From: Actinomycetes bacterium
GTDB taxonomy: Bacteria; Auribacterota; JAJCYG01
Direction of reading: 5' to 3'
Length of the DNA: 64,000 bases
Assembly (NCBI GenBank): GCA_029263055.1
Contig: JAJCYG010000036.1
Span: 6,708-70,707, forward strand
Each line of letters begins with the position of its first letter. Positions within the stretch are counted from its first letter, which is position 1. A program made the translations under genes and the position numbers. Shown one piece after another: positions 8,146-17,467 of the stretch. The notes under the pieces are model-generated. The model saw nothing but the letters and a program-made list of their open reading frames with translations. It made no database searches and was not told where the DNA came from.

Positions 8146-9579
8146 TCAGTTATTGATAGCAGTGACAACATGGTACGTGTCGCTTCCAATTTTCTGAGTC
8201 ATTCGAATTGTGATCTCTTCTTTAAAAGTATCTTCCATTTTAGGCTTTTGAATTAAAGCCACATTATTTGGATTTGACTTTAAAAATTGGATGAGTCTAT
8301 TGCTATCGTCTATCTTTTTTATAACATGGTCTCCTCCTAAATAATAGAGAAAAGATTCTTTGAAAAATTGATAGCTCGCACATTCTCCATTATTCTGTAC
8401 CAAGGGCTTGATTTGATTGCAAAGGGATCGAGCTGATTTGTATTTGTCTAAAACCGGATAAAAAACGAGCAGTACAAGAGTATAAATCGATGTAGCCACT
8501 ATTAGAATGACATAAAAAGCGCGCTTTATTTTAGCTTTAGAGACTAGTTGTGAAAAGTATTGGCTTAAGAAGAGTGCAAAAGCAGGAAATAGCGGAAGAA
8601 GGTAAAGACTCCGTTTTGAGTCTGAAAGAGTAAAGAAAATAAAAACAAGGCTAAACCAGACAATGAGAAATTTATGAGAAGGCGTTAACTTTTCTTTTGC
8701 TCGGCGTAATTGAATAATGGCTAAAGGAAGAAAAAAGATCCAAGGCATTGCATCGACGGGGAAGTTAATAAAATAATAGTAAAAGGGACGTATGTGCCCT
8801 GATGGGGCTATATAGCGAAAAAAATTGTGAACAATAAAATGTTGATAAAGGTATTCAGAACCTGCTTGCTCGTAGGCAAGCCAAACCCAAACCCCTATTG
8901 TAGAGACAAGGATTAAGAGTCCTAACGGAATCCACATCTTTAATAAAAAACTGAGCTGACGTTGCCACAGAAGAAAGAAAAAGATGATGCCGCATGGAAT
9001 AAGAATGCCAATAGGGCCCTTTGTTAAAAACCCCCCCGCCAAGGTTAGGTAAAAGACAAACCATAGACACGCTTCTTTATCATCAGAATATTTTGGCTTT
9101 GAGGTATACACAGTCCAAAAGAGAGCTAAAGATGAAAGAATAAAAAAAGCGAGAAGCATATCGAGCTGACCCCATGATGCTTGCCACCAGAAGCGATAGG
9201 TGGTGGCTAAAATCAGCATGGCGATCAATCCGGTTTTTAAATCAAACATCTCTTTGCCTAAGTGAATAAGAATTAAGAGCGCCAAAACAGCTGCTATGGC
9301 TGAAGGAATGCGTGCTGTAAAAGCATTAGTTTCCCCTTTAAAAAAAAGTTTGGATGCTGCAACCGTGACCCAAACATAAGCAGGAGGTTTGTCAGTATAG
9401 ATTTCTCCGTTTAAGTGAGGAACCGTGTAGTTTTCTGTCTGTATCATTTCCCGGGCAACTTGGGCAAACCGCGGTTCGTCTGGATTCCAAAGGTCGCGAG
9501 TACTAATCCCTACGAGAAGGACAAAGCTAAAAAAGACCAAAAAGAGGCTGGCCCAACGTTTAGTGATTGTTATATCCAT
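8146..9579 (-). CDS. ArnT/PMT-family (GT39/GT83) polyprenyl-phosphate-sugar-dependent glycosyltransferase, probably modifying lipid A or core
   Basis: The N-terminal DEPRFAQVAREM...PHLNGEIYTDKPPAYVWV is the signature of 4-amino-4-deoxy-L-arabinose transferase / protein-O-mannosyltransferase-family enzymes. At least 10 TM helices. 477 aa. Confidence 0.75.
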   Translation of the reverse strand: MDITITKRWASLFLVFFSFVLLVGISTRDLWNPDEPRFAQVAREMIQTENYTVPHLNGEIYTDKPPAYVWVTVAASKLFFKGETNAFTARIPSAIAAVLALLILIHLGKEMFDLKTGLIAMLILATTYRFWWQASWGQLDMLLAFFILSSLALFWTVYTSKPKYSDDKEACLWFVFYLTLAGGFLTKGPIGILIPCGIIFFFLLWQRQLSFLLKMWIPLGLLILVSTIGVWVWLAYEQAGSEYLYQHFIVHNFFRYIAPSGHIRPFYYYFINFPVDAMPWIFFLPLAIIQLRRAKEKLTPSHKFLIVWFSLVFIFFTLSDSKRSLYLLPLFPAFALFLSQYFSQLVSKAKIKRAFYVILIVATSIYTLVLLVFYPVLDKYKSARSLCNQIKPLVQNNGECASYQFFKESFLYYLGGDHVIKKIDDSNRLIQFLKSNPNNVALIQKPKMEDTFKEEITIRMTQKIGSDTYHVVTAINN

Positions 9580-9664
9580 GAGGGATAAGATCTCTTATTC
9601 TTTTTCATGTTTAGATAAAGTCTAACTTCTATAGTTAAATGGAAGATGAACAGAAAATTAAAAT

Positions 9665-11107
9665 TTATTCATCTTTGGCTGGAAAGGTTAGGTTAAAGAC
9701 GGTTCCTTTGCCTTCTGTGCTCTCTACAGAAATTGTTCCGTTATGAGAGAGCACAATGGATTGAACTAACGAAAGCCCTAGGCCATAGCCTTTGCTGTTT
9801 CTCGATTTGTCTGTCCGGTAGAAGCGATTAAAAAGGTGTGGGAGATCTGTTGTAGAGATTCCTTTGCCATTGTCTTTGATTGTCACAGAGATCGTGCCAT
9901 TATTTCGTTTAGCTTCAACTTCAATGAGGTCTGCCTTAGCATGCTTGGCAGCATTAGATGTGAGGTTATAAAGAGCCTGGTTTAGAAGTCTATAATTACC
10001 TTGGATAGTTAATGGGATTTGTCTGTCTGTTTTTGTTTCTACTTTTGTGGATTGGTTTTCTGCCTCTAAAAGTATCTGAGTCTGTTCTTGAACTTCTTCA
10101 ATTAATTGAGTGAGATTAAATGTTTCTGTCTCCTGAGGTTTGTTTTTTCTGGCATCAAGCTTAGCAAGCAGGAGTAGGTTTTTAATAATTGCGATGAGGT
10201 GGTTGACTTCGTTTAGACTTTCTGTGAGAAGTAATTGGTATTCACTCGACGTTCTTTCTCGGGTTAGTGCCACCTCTATAGATCCTTTTAAGGCTGTTAA
10301 TGGTGTATTTAGTTCATGTGACGCAGCAGCGCTAAACTGTTTTTCTCGTTCAAAGGAGGTCTCTAGTCTAAATAGCATTTGTTTTAAGGACTCAGTTAGT
10401 TTTTGAATTTCAATAGGCCCTTTTTGAGGGAGGTCAATTGATTGAAAATTCTCTGCTTCTTTAATTTTTTCTGCTTCTTGTACGATTTTGTCTAGAGGCT
10501 TTAGTCCTTGTTTAGAAATAAAGTAAATAATGATAGAGGACAAAATTGAAATAATAGGTATCCAGACCAGTAAAGTGGCTAAAAATCGTTTTGTGGCCCA
10601 ATAAACATTTTTTAATGATTTTGCAATGATGATGTGATAAATCTGTCCCTCTTTGTCTCGGTAAAGATAATGGAGTTGTATAAGAGGTGTCTCTTTATTG
10701 ATGGCATCTGCTTTAAATGAAGTCGTATTGACTTTTAAGCCAGTATTAAAAATAGGCATCCTCTTGTTTCGTGCATTGGGAGATCTGAAAAGTTTTGTGT
10801 GGCCTTGCCTTTGAATCCAAACCAGTTCATTGATTCCTTCAAGATCTTCTTCTAGGTCGACTTCTTCTTCGGTATGACCTAGTTCTTTAGCTAGCTTAAA
10901 CTCATCATTGTCTTCATCAATAATTCGAGTGAGTAGTTTGACTTGATTGGTTAGGTTCTTTTTTACTTCTAAGTCTGTTACTTTTTTATAAGAATAAAAA
11001 AGAACAGCAACAGTCGTAATCATGGCACCGACAAGAATCAATGAGTTGAATAAGGTTAAACGTGTTTTAAAAGAGCTAAACAGATTCAGTTTTTTCTTTA
11101 AGGACAT
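9665..11107 (-). CDS. Two-component sensor histidine kinase (PmrB/BasS-like genomic position)
   Basis: H-box SHELNTPLTAL. HATPase_c block GYGLGLSLVQSIVLSHNGTISVESTEGKGTVFNLTFP. Two TM helices flank a periplasmic domain. I chose the start at the internal MSLKKK (ATG 11107), which leaves a 28-nt gap after the regulator gene. The track ORF extends to 11212. Confidence 0.8.
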   Translation of the reverse strand: MSLKKKLNLFSSFKTRLTLFNSLILVGAMITTVAVLFYSYKKVTDLEVKKNLTNQVKLLTRIIDEDNDEFKLAKELGHTEEEVDLEEDLEGINELVWIQRQGHTKLFRSPNARNKRMPIFNTGLKVNTTSFKADAINKETPLIQLHYLYRDKEGQIYHIIIAKSLKNVYWATKRFLATLLVWIPIISILSSIIIYFISKQGLKPLDKIVQEAEKIKEAENFQSIDLPQKGPIEIQKLTESLKQMLFRLETSFEREKQFSAAASHELNTPLTALKGSIEVALTRERTSSEYQLLLTESLNEVNHLIAIIKNLLLLAKLDARKNKPQETETFNLTQLIEEVQEQTQILLEAENQSTKVETKTDRQIPLTIQGNYRLLNQALYNLTSNAAKHAKADLIEVEAKRNNGTISVTIKDNGKGISTTDLPHLFNRFYRTDKSRNSKGYGLGLSLVQSIVLSHNGTISVESTEGKGTVFNLTFPAKDE

Positions 11108-11759
11108 AGCCTCTACCTCTAAGTGTGTGAATAAATTTGTTTGGACTCTCTTGACTGATTTTATTGCGTAACCGATTAATGTAGACATCAATAATATTAG
11201 TCTCTGTATCAAAGTTTAATCCCCAAACATTTTCAGCAATCATGGTTCGAGTGAGAACTATGTTGGGATTGCGCATGAAATATTCTAAAAGAGTGTATTC
11301 TTTTGTTGTTAGTTCTATAAGCTTTTCATTACATTTTGCTTGGTGTTTCACAGTATCGAGTTCTATATTTTGGATTTGAATAAGGTGGGATGTTATTGAT
11401 GTTCCTCTGCGTAATAGGGCGCGAATACGTGCCAAAAGCTCGGCAAAGGAAAAGGGCTTGGTTAAGTAATCGTCTGCCCCTGCATTAAGACCTTTGATCT
11501 TGTCTTCAACTACATCCTTAGCTGTGAGCATTAGGATTGGAGTTGAAATATTGTTTCCTCGAATCTCTTGGCAGACTTGAAAGCCATCTTTAATAGGCAA
11601 AAGGATATCTAGGAGAATGAGGTCATATGGAGCGTTAATCGCGTAATCAATCCCATCTTGGCCGTTATTAACTACATCAACGATATAGCTCTCCTCTTCA
11701 AGTCCTTTTTTGATGAAACTAGAGACTTTGGGCTGATCTTCTATCACAAGAATTTTCAT
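11076..11759 (-). CDS. OmpR/PhoB-family response regulator (PmrA/BasR-like genomic position)
   Basis: MKILVIEDQPKV...DLILLDILLP...LMLTAKD...GADDYLTKPF is a receiver domain. The C-terminus is winged-helix (LTTKEYTLLEYFMRNPN...RLRNKI). I chose the start at MKILVIED (ATG 11759) by family convention. The track ORF starts at 11792. Confidence 0.85.
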   Translation of the reverse strand: MKILVIEDQPKVSSFIKKGLEEESYIVDVVNNGQDGIDYAINAPYDLILLDILLPIKDGFQVCQEIRGNNISTPILMLTAKDVVEDKIKGLNAGADDYLTKPFSFAELLARIRALLRRGTSITSHLIQIQNIELDTVKHQAKCNEKLIELTTKEYTLLEYFMRNPNIVLTRTMIAENVWGLNFDTETNIIDVYINRLRNKISQESPNKFIHTLRGRGYVLKEKTESV

Positions 11760-11796
11760 AGCGTGGTAGTTTAGCATACAATAGGGACTCATCCTT

Positions 11797-11830
11797 ACAG
11801 ATACTTAATATTATATTAATAAGTATCTGT
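11797..11830. promoter_or_regulatory. Imperfect palindrome ACAGATACTT-N14-AAGTATCTGT immediately upstream of the response-regulator gene; candidate operator
   Basis: Ten-bp perfect arms around an AT-rich spacer, lying in the 295-bp divergent intergenic region between the regulator gene and the PilZ-methyltransferase gene. Confidence 0.35.
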
Positions 11831-12087
11831 AAATAAATATTTTATGATTATTATATTTTGATTTGTCTCAATTTTTCTTCTATGAAGAGGTGCTCGAGAG
11901 AGGCTTAAATAAATTTTTGACCCAGATCTTGGGGTAAGGTTCTTCTGACGTGGGGCTTGCTACACAATATGCTTCAAGTTATCAAATTGAGGTTATTGAC
12001 ATAATTGTAAGTATTTACAAATTTGGAATAAGTTGATAGCCTAATCGAGTTCGTTTTCTTAACCCTTAAAAGAGAAGATAGGCAGTC

Positions 12088-13899
12088 ATGAAAAACCAGT
12101 CAAACACTGTCGACCGTCGTAAGTTTAATCGAACAGAAATAGCTCCTAAAGAGAGTTATTCTTTTCAGGCTTATTCTCTTAAACGAAACATGCCAGAACA
12201 GTTAATGGGTGAATTACTCGATTTTTCTCTTCAAGGTGCTGGCATAAAACTCCTTTCAGTTCAAAACCCTTTAAATAAAGGGGATTTTCTTTATGGAATC
12301 CAATTTGGCCGTCCTGATGGCGAAGAGGTTTCCAAAGCTGTGGGTGTGATTCGCTCAACCGACACTGTACTTGATGACAGTGGCCAACCTTTTTGGAGAG
12401 TTGGCGTCGAGCTTATCAATATCCCTGGCGAGCAAAAGAATGCTGTCTCCAATTCAGAATTTCCAGTTCGTCCTCAACGTTATGAAATTGACGCTGAATG
12501 CGAAGAGCTCACCGAAGTTGCTTTTCAAATAGATAACGAATCTCTTTTCGGAAAACTACACAATGTTTCTAAATTTGGTTTAGCGGTTAAGATTGGCCGA
12601 GAAGCGCCACTAAAATTAAACGTAGGTCGTTATTTAGAGGGTGTTGAAGTTAAAGTTGATGGCGAAATGGTTTTTACAGGGTTTTTAGTGATCCGTAATT
12701 TGCGCCAAACTCAAGACTTTACTCTGATCGGTTGTGAAGTAACAGGAAGTTTAATTGATGTGGATCAAATTTTAGAAAATCAGAAAATAGTTCATTACAA
12801 ATCAAGAGCCAAAGAAAAATGTCTTTCCTTAAGTGAAATCCAACGTATTCCAAATGATTTTAAGGCTCTCGTCGCTGATTTTCGTTATTGCTTAGATAAA
12901 TTTCATAACGAACTAGAGCGTCCCTACGCCAATGATTCTAAAGATAAAGTGGTCCGAGAAGTTTATCCTTTATTTAAATCTCTTGTAGATGAAGTTTATT
13001 CAAAGTTCCGTCGTTGCGTTGAAAATATTTCAGCAGAAGAACATGAATCGTACAAAAACTATTTTCAAAAACAATTGCACCCTCTTTTATTAACCGCCCC
13101 TTTTATTAAACACACCTATCAAAAGCCACTTGGTTATGCGGGTGACTATGACATGGTGCTTAAGGTGTTAGACAAAGAGATCGAAGGGTCGACCTTTCTT
13201 TCAAAACTGCTCAACATGTATTGTTGGAATATGAACGCGGCTGAAGCCCATCGAAATCGAATCACTTATTTAGTTGATTTGCTTCAAGAGGTTGTCAGTA
13301 CTAAAGAACATCGCGAGATCTTAGTGATTGGATCTGGGCCTGCTCGGGAAATTAAACTCTTTTTAAATAAGGCTCCAGCAGATGTTGATTGTACGTTTAC
13401 GCTGCTTGATTTTGATTCAAGAGCGCTCACTCATAGCCAAGAAGAATTGCTTTCTGAGGTGTTGAAAAATCGCTCAAACGTAAAAATCAAATTTATGAAC
13501 AAAAGTGTGCGCCAAATCATTAAGTCCAAGAGCTGTGATACTAATACTGGTAAGTATGATCTGGTTTACTGCGCGGGGCTATTTGATTATCTTTCAGATC
13601 CATTCTGCGTTAAGATGCTGGAAATAATGGGATTACATCTAAAACCTACAGGGCGTATGATTGCCACAAACGTGACAGAGCTCAATTATTACCGATACTT
13701 CATGGAATTCATGGGAGAGTGGTATTTGACACACCGGTCTCTCGATGCTATGTTGAACTTAGCGACTGGTTTACAGAAAAAACATGGGATGTTCGCAGAC
13801 TGTGAAGTGGATGCCACAGGGGTTAATGTATTCTTAAATGTTCAAAAAAGCAAAGAAAACACAGGCACAGCAGACTCCAGCCTTACAAAGTGCTTATAA
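12088..13899 (+). CDS. PilZ-like domain(s) fused to a class I SAM-dependent methyltransferase
   Basis: N-terminal RRKFNRTEI ... LLDFSLQGAGIK (RxxxR plus DxSxxG = PilZ c-di-GMP-binding signature). A second, degenerate copy follows (VRPQRYEI ... LHNVSKFGLAV). The C-terminal half has EILVIGSGPAREI (motif I) and LVYCAGLFDYLSDP, typical of SAM methyltransferases. Confidence 0.55.
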   Translation: MKNQSNTVDRRKFNRTEIAPKESYSFQAYSLKRNMPEQLMGELLDFSLQGAGIKLLSVQNPLNKGDFLYGIQFGRPDGEEVSKAVGVIRSTDTVLDDSGQPFWRVGVELINIPGEQKNAVSNSEFPVRPQRYEIDAECEELTEVAFQIDNESLFGKLHNVSKFGLAVKIGREAPLKLNVGRYLEGVEVKVDGEMVFTGFLVIRNLRQTQDFTLIGCEVTGSLIDVDQILENQKIVHYKSRAKEKCLSLSEIQRIPNDFKALVADFRYCLDKFHNELERPYANDSKDKVVREVYPLFKSLVDEVYSKFRRCVENISAEEHESYKNYFQKQLHPLLLTAPFIKHTYQKPLGYAGDYDMVLKVLDKEIEGSTFLSKLLNMYCWNMNAAEAHRNRITYLVDLLQEVVSTKEHREILVIGSGPAREIKLFLNKAPADVDCTFTLLDFDSRALTHSQEELLSEVLKNRSNVKIKFMNKSVRQIIKSKSCDTNTGKYDLVYCAGLFDYLSDPFCVKMLEIMGLHLKPTGRMIATNVTELNYYRYFMEFMGEWYLTHRSLDAMLNLATGLQKKHGMFADCEVDATGVNVFLNVQKSKENTGTADSSLTKCL

Positions 13900-16399
13900 A
13901 TCCTATATAGTCCAATCTAATATCAAACGTCTCCGGGTGGGTTGCTTGCTCGGTGGTACTTTAGTGCCTCTTGGTTCTCTTTTCGATTACTTCATTTATC
14001 CAGAGCTTTTTAAATCGTTTCTTCTTGTTAGGTTATTCTTTGGCCTACTCTACGGTTTGATCTACCTTGTTTCATTTACAGAATTCACTAGAAAGCATTC
14101 TGTTGGGATGATGCTTTTCTTAACAGAGTCCATTGCCATTCCTATTGTGATGATGATCTGTTTTACCGGTGGGTATCTCTCGCCTTATTATGCGGGCCTT
14201 AATCTTATTATTTTAGGCGTAGGGGTATTGTTTACTTGGATGATCTCTGAAGCTGTGATTGTTTGTCTCTTGATCTATCTAACTTATTTAATTCCTGTTC
14301 TATTATTAGATACAATTACCGACTACCACACTTTTTTTAATAACAATTATTTTATTTCCTTTACGATTATCATTGCTGTAGTGAGTAACTACTTTGCTTC
14401 AAAATTGCGCGAAAGTGATTTTGTGAGTCGTCACAAACTAGGGGCAGCGGTCAAGCAGTTGAATGAACTTGATAAAGCAAAAACCAGTTTTTTCTCAGGT
14501 ATCAGCCACGAATTAAGAACGCCTTTAACTTTGATCTTAGCTCCTATTGAAAATTTATTAAAACAATCTAAATTAAACAAAGAAACCAGAGGTCGTTTAG
14601 AAATATGCCATAGCAATGCGCTCCGTCTTTTAAAATTAATTAACAATTTATTGGATGTGGTTCGCATTAACACAGGGCGAATGGAGTTGCGCTATTCTAA
14701 TAAAGACGTGACAAAATTGTTAAAACAAGTTGTGGTCAATGTTTCATCAATGGCTGAGAAGAAAAATATTAAAATAGAGTTTGTCTCTAAAGGAAATGGG
14801 TTCACCTTTTTTTGGGATGAAGATCAGCTGGAAAAAGTGATTGTGAATTTAATTTATAACTCTTTAAAATTTACCCCTGAACAAGGAACCATTAAGGTGG
14901 GGTGTAAAGATAAAGGGGATGAGGTTGTTATTTCTATTAAAGATAGCGGAATTGGTATTCCAGAAGATCAAGTGGGAAGAGTATTTGACACCTTTTATCA
15001 GGTCGACTCAGGGAGCAAGCGAAGTTATGAGGGGAGTGGAATGGGACTTTCTTTATGCCGTCAAATCGTGGAATTGCATGGAGGCAAGATTTGGGCTGAA
15101 AGCAAACTAGGCGAAGGAACAAAAATGATTTTCACCCTTCCTAAGAAATTGGAGGTAAATGCTTCGAAGATAAAGACTGAAATCAAGGACGAAGATTGGA
15201 CCAAGCAAGTTAGTAAAGAAGCTATTTATGAAAAAGGTGAAGTCGGTATTTTAGATAGTGAAGATAAAAAGAGGGCTGCAGAGCCTGATCAAACAAATCA
15301 TGACGGATCAGGAACCGTTTTAGTGGTTGAAGATAATCATGATATGCGTGAGTTTGTCTGTCTTGAAATGGCCAATACATACACTGTTTTGAGTGCTATG
15401 AATGGGCAAGAAGGTTTAGAAATTGCAGAGAAAGAAAGTCCTGATTTGATTATTAGCGATGTGATGATGCCGGTGATGGATGGTTATGAGTTGTGCCGTC
15501 ATTTAAAAGCAGGTGAAAAGACCAAACAAATCCCAGTGCTCATGCTCACAGCTAAAACAGAACTCGACATGCGCCTCTCAGGGTATGAACAGGGTGCTGA
15601 TGATTATGTGGCTAAGCCATTTAATTTAGAAGAGCTTATGGCTAAAGCTAAAGCTTTAATCCAAGGGCGTCGACTCGAGCGTGAGATGGAAGTTTACCGT
15701 CGCCTTGCCTCTGTTGGAGAGTTGGCAGCAGGTGTGGCCCATGAAATTAATAACGCGCTCAATGTGGCTGTATTAGCAAACTCTCGATTGAAAAAATTGG
15801 TCACTAATCAAGCTGGAGGTGAGCAGTTACAGGTTGAAACGTTTTTAAAGGAATCAGGCAAAGGAATAGACCTCTTAAACGAAGGGATTGGTCGTGCACA
15901 TGGTGTGGTAAAAAGTCTCTTAACTTTTTCACAAAAAAATTCAGAAGGATTTAAAAAACAAAATATTCAAGAAGGTTTGAATTCTACTTTAACCATGCTT
16001 GAGAGTGATCTCAAAATAAAAGCAAAAGTAGTTAAAGTTTATTCTAAAGAAAATGAAGCTTATTGTGATTTAAATCAGCTGAATCAAGTCTTTCTCAATA
16101 TTTTGAAAAACTCAATTGAAGCGATTACTGAAAATGGGATAATTACTCTTAAGACGTGGGTGGATGAAGAAAATTATTTTGTGTCGATTAAAGACAATGG
16201 ACATGGTATTGCCAAAGAAGAGGTTGGCCGAATTTTTGATCCTTTTTTTACAACAAAGCCAGTGGGTCAGGGAACAGGATTAGGTTTGAGTGTGAGCTAC
16301 AATATTATGCAGGAGCATGGTGGTTCACTTATTTGCAAAAGCGAACCCGACCAAGGGGCCGAGTTCATTCTTTCGCTTCCAATCTCGTTAACTAAATAA
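13838..16399 (+). CDS. Hybrid sensor kinase with unusual HK-REC-HK architecture (6-7 TM sensor, HisKA/HATPase, receiver, second HisKA-like/HATPase)
   Basis: Six to seven N-terminal TM helices. First H-box SHELRTPLTLI plus GSGMGLSLCRQIVELHGGKIW. Receiver VLVVEDNHDMREF...LIISDVMMPVMDG...DDYVAKPF. Second H-box AAGVAHEINNALNV plus GTGLGLSVSYNIMQEHGGSL. The start is uncertain: the track ORF overlaps the upstream gene by 62 nt. Confidence 0.8.
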   Translation: MFKKAKKTQAQQTPALQSAYKSYIVQSNIKRLRVGCLLGGTLVPLGSLFDYFIYPELFKSFLLVRLFFGLLYGLIYLVSFTEFTRKHSVGMMLFLTESIAIPIVMMICFTGGYLSPYYAGLNLIILGVGVLFTWMISEAVIVCLLIYLTYLIPVLLLDTITDYHTFFNNNYFISFTIIIAVVSNYFASKLRESDFVSRHKLGAAVKQLNELDKAKTSFFSGISHELRTPLTLILAPIENLLKQSKLNKETRGRLEICHSNALRLLKLINNLLDVVRINTGRMELRYSNKDVTKLLKQVVVNVSSMAEKKNIKIEFVSKGNGFTFFWDEDQLEKVIVNLIYNSLKFTPEQGTIKVGCKDKGDEVVISIKDSGIGIPEDQVGRVFDTFYQVDSGSKRSYEGSGMGLSLCRQIVELHGGKIWAESKLGEGTKMIFTLPKKLEVNASKIKTEIKDEDWTKQVSKEAIYEKGEVGILDSEDKKRAAEPDQTNHDGSGTVLVVEDNHDMREFVCLEMANTYTVLSAMNGQEGLEIAEKESPDLIISDVMMPVMDGYELCRHLKAGEKTKQIPVLMLTAKTELDMRLSGYEQGADDYVAKPFNLEELMAKAKALIQGRRLEREMEVYRRLASVGELAAGVAHEINNALNVAVLANSRLKKLVTNQAGGEQLQVETFLKESGKGIDLLNEGIGRAHGVVKSLLTFSQKNSEGFKKQNIQEGLNSTLTMLESDLKIKAKVVKVYSKENEAYCDLNQLNQVFLNILKNSIEAITENGIITLKTWVDEENYFVSIKDNGHGIAKEEVGRIFDPFFTTKPVGQGTGLGLSVSYNIMQEHGGSLICKSEPDQGAEFILSLPISLTK

Positions 16400-16408
16400 T
16401 CTCTTTAA

Positions 16409-16822
16409 TTATTCTTTTTTCCAAACTAAACCAACAACAGCACCGAGTAATAGATACTCGATAAAACTACCCGCACCCCAGTAGATCGCTAGCATTTTAG
16501 GCATAGGTAAAACAGCATACCAACCTAATGCCATCATTGGAGCAAGCATCATTCCTATCAGTGCTCCGAATCGTAATCCTTGGCTTAAGCCACTTTTGCC
16601 CTCTTCATAGCCTTTGGAATAAATACAGACAAAAAATGGTGCAAAGATTAAGTAGCCAAGCCACATCATCCACATCATGCTTTCCATCTCTGCTTTAGAG
16701 CGCCAAAGAGCTGCGGTCTCTTCGTAGATGCCGCTTAAGCAAAGACCATGGATAACAAACTCAACAGCAAACATTGCAATAAAAACAGCAATGCTCGCGA
16801 GCAGACAGTATTTATGTTTCAT
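16409..16822 (-). CDS. Small integral membrane protein (4 TM), unknown function
   Basis: 137 aa, hydrophobic, Met/Trp-rich. Confidence 0.5.
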   Translation of the reverse strand: MKHKYCLLASIAVFIAMFAVEFVIHGLCLSGIYEETAALWRSKAEMESMMWMMWLGYLIFAPFFVCIYSKGYEEGKSGLSQGLRFGALIGMMLAPMMALGWYAVLPMPKMLAIYWGAGSFIEYLLLGAVVGLVWKKE

Positions 16823-16939
16823 GAAAGAACCTCCATATAGTGTTGATGATACAAAAGTATACTATATGTAGTAGGGCTTGAGGGGTTTTGTTAAACTTTG
16901 TTCTGTAAGCTCTTCTTACTTAGTTAATTGTAATTAAGC

Positions 16940-17467
16940 TTATTTTGTTCGAGTTAGTTCGATAACAGTTGCATTTGCTCGCTTTCCTTCTTCATAATAA
17001 GCCCATTCATGCTTGATGTTCTTATTATCTTTTAAGGTAATGCTAAGGCTATGCATATGAGGTTCTTTAATCAAGTTGCGTGGATTAAGCCGTGAGTAAT
17101 CAAGAACAATTTTATTTGGTTCTGATTTTTTTAGCGTCATGATCGGTTGATTGCCTAAAGCGCAATAGTGAGTCATGATGAGCTCTCCATTGCGATCATG
17201 GTAAATAGAAACCATTTCTTGTGGCGTGCCTGGAAAGAGTGTTTCAACGATGGCGCTATCATTAGAGGTAAGTCTATACTCGGCAGTGATGGGTTGTTTT
17301 TTTTCTGTATCAGGCATAGGCATCTCGCCTTTCCAACTCCCTTTTAACATTTTGAGTTGTTCAAATTCTTTTGAACCGGTATAGGGTTCTTTGGGATGCC
17401 CTTTTTGTGCTAAGGCGGGTAGAGCTATTAATAACAGTAAAACTAAAGTGCTCATAAGTATTTTCAT
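16940..17467 (-). CDS. Secreted protein of unknown function
   Basis: 175 aa with signal peptide MKILMSTLVLLLLIALPALA. Its stop overlaps the start of the upstream transporter gene (ATGA), so the two are co-transcribed. Confidence 0.5.
   Translation of the reverse strand: MKILMSTLVLLLLIALPALAQKGHPKEPYTGSKEFEQLKMLKGSWKGEMPMPDTEKKQPITAEYRLTSNDSAIVETLFPGTPQEMVSIYHDRNGELIMTHYCALGNQPIMTLKKSEPNKIVLDYSRLNPRNLIKEPHMHSLSITLKDNKNIKHEWAYYEEGKRANATVIELTRTK

Noticed and set aside
13838-13899. 62-nt overlap between the PilZ-methyltransferase gene and the HK-REC-HK gene as a possible programmed frameshift or fusion
   Set aside because: Both reading frames have their own plausible starts and stops. Overlaps of this size occur with mis-called start codons, and the kinase may start at a downstream non-ATG codon. 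There is no slippery heptamer.
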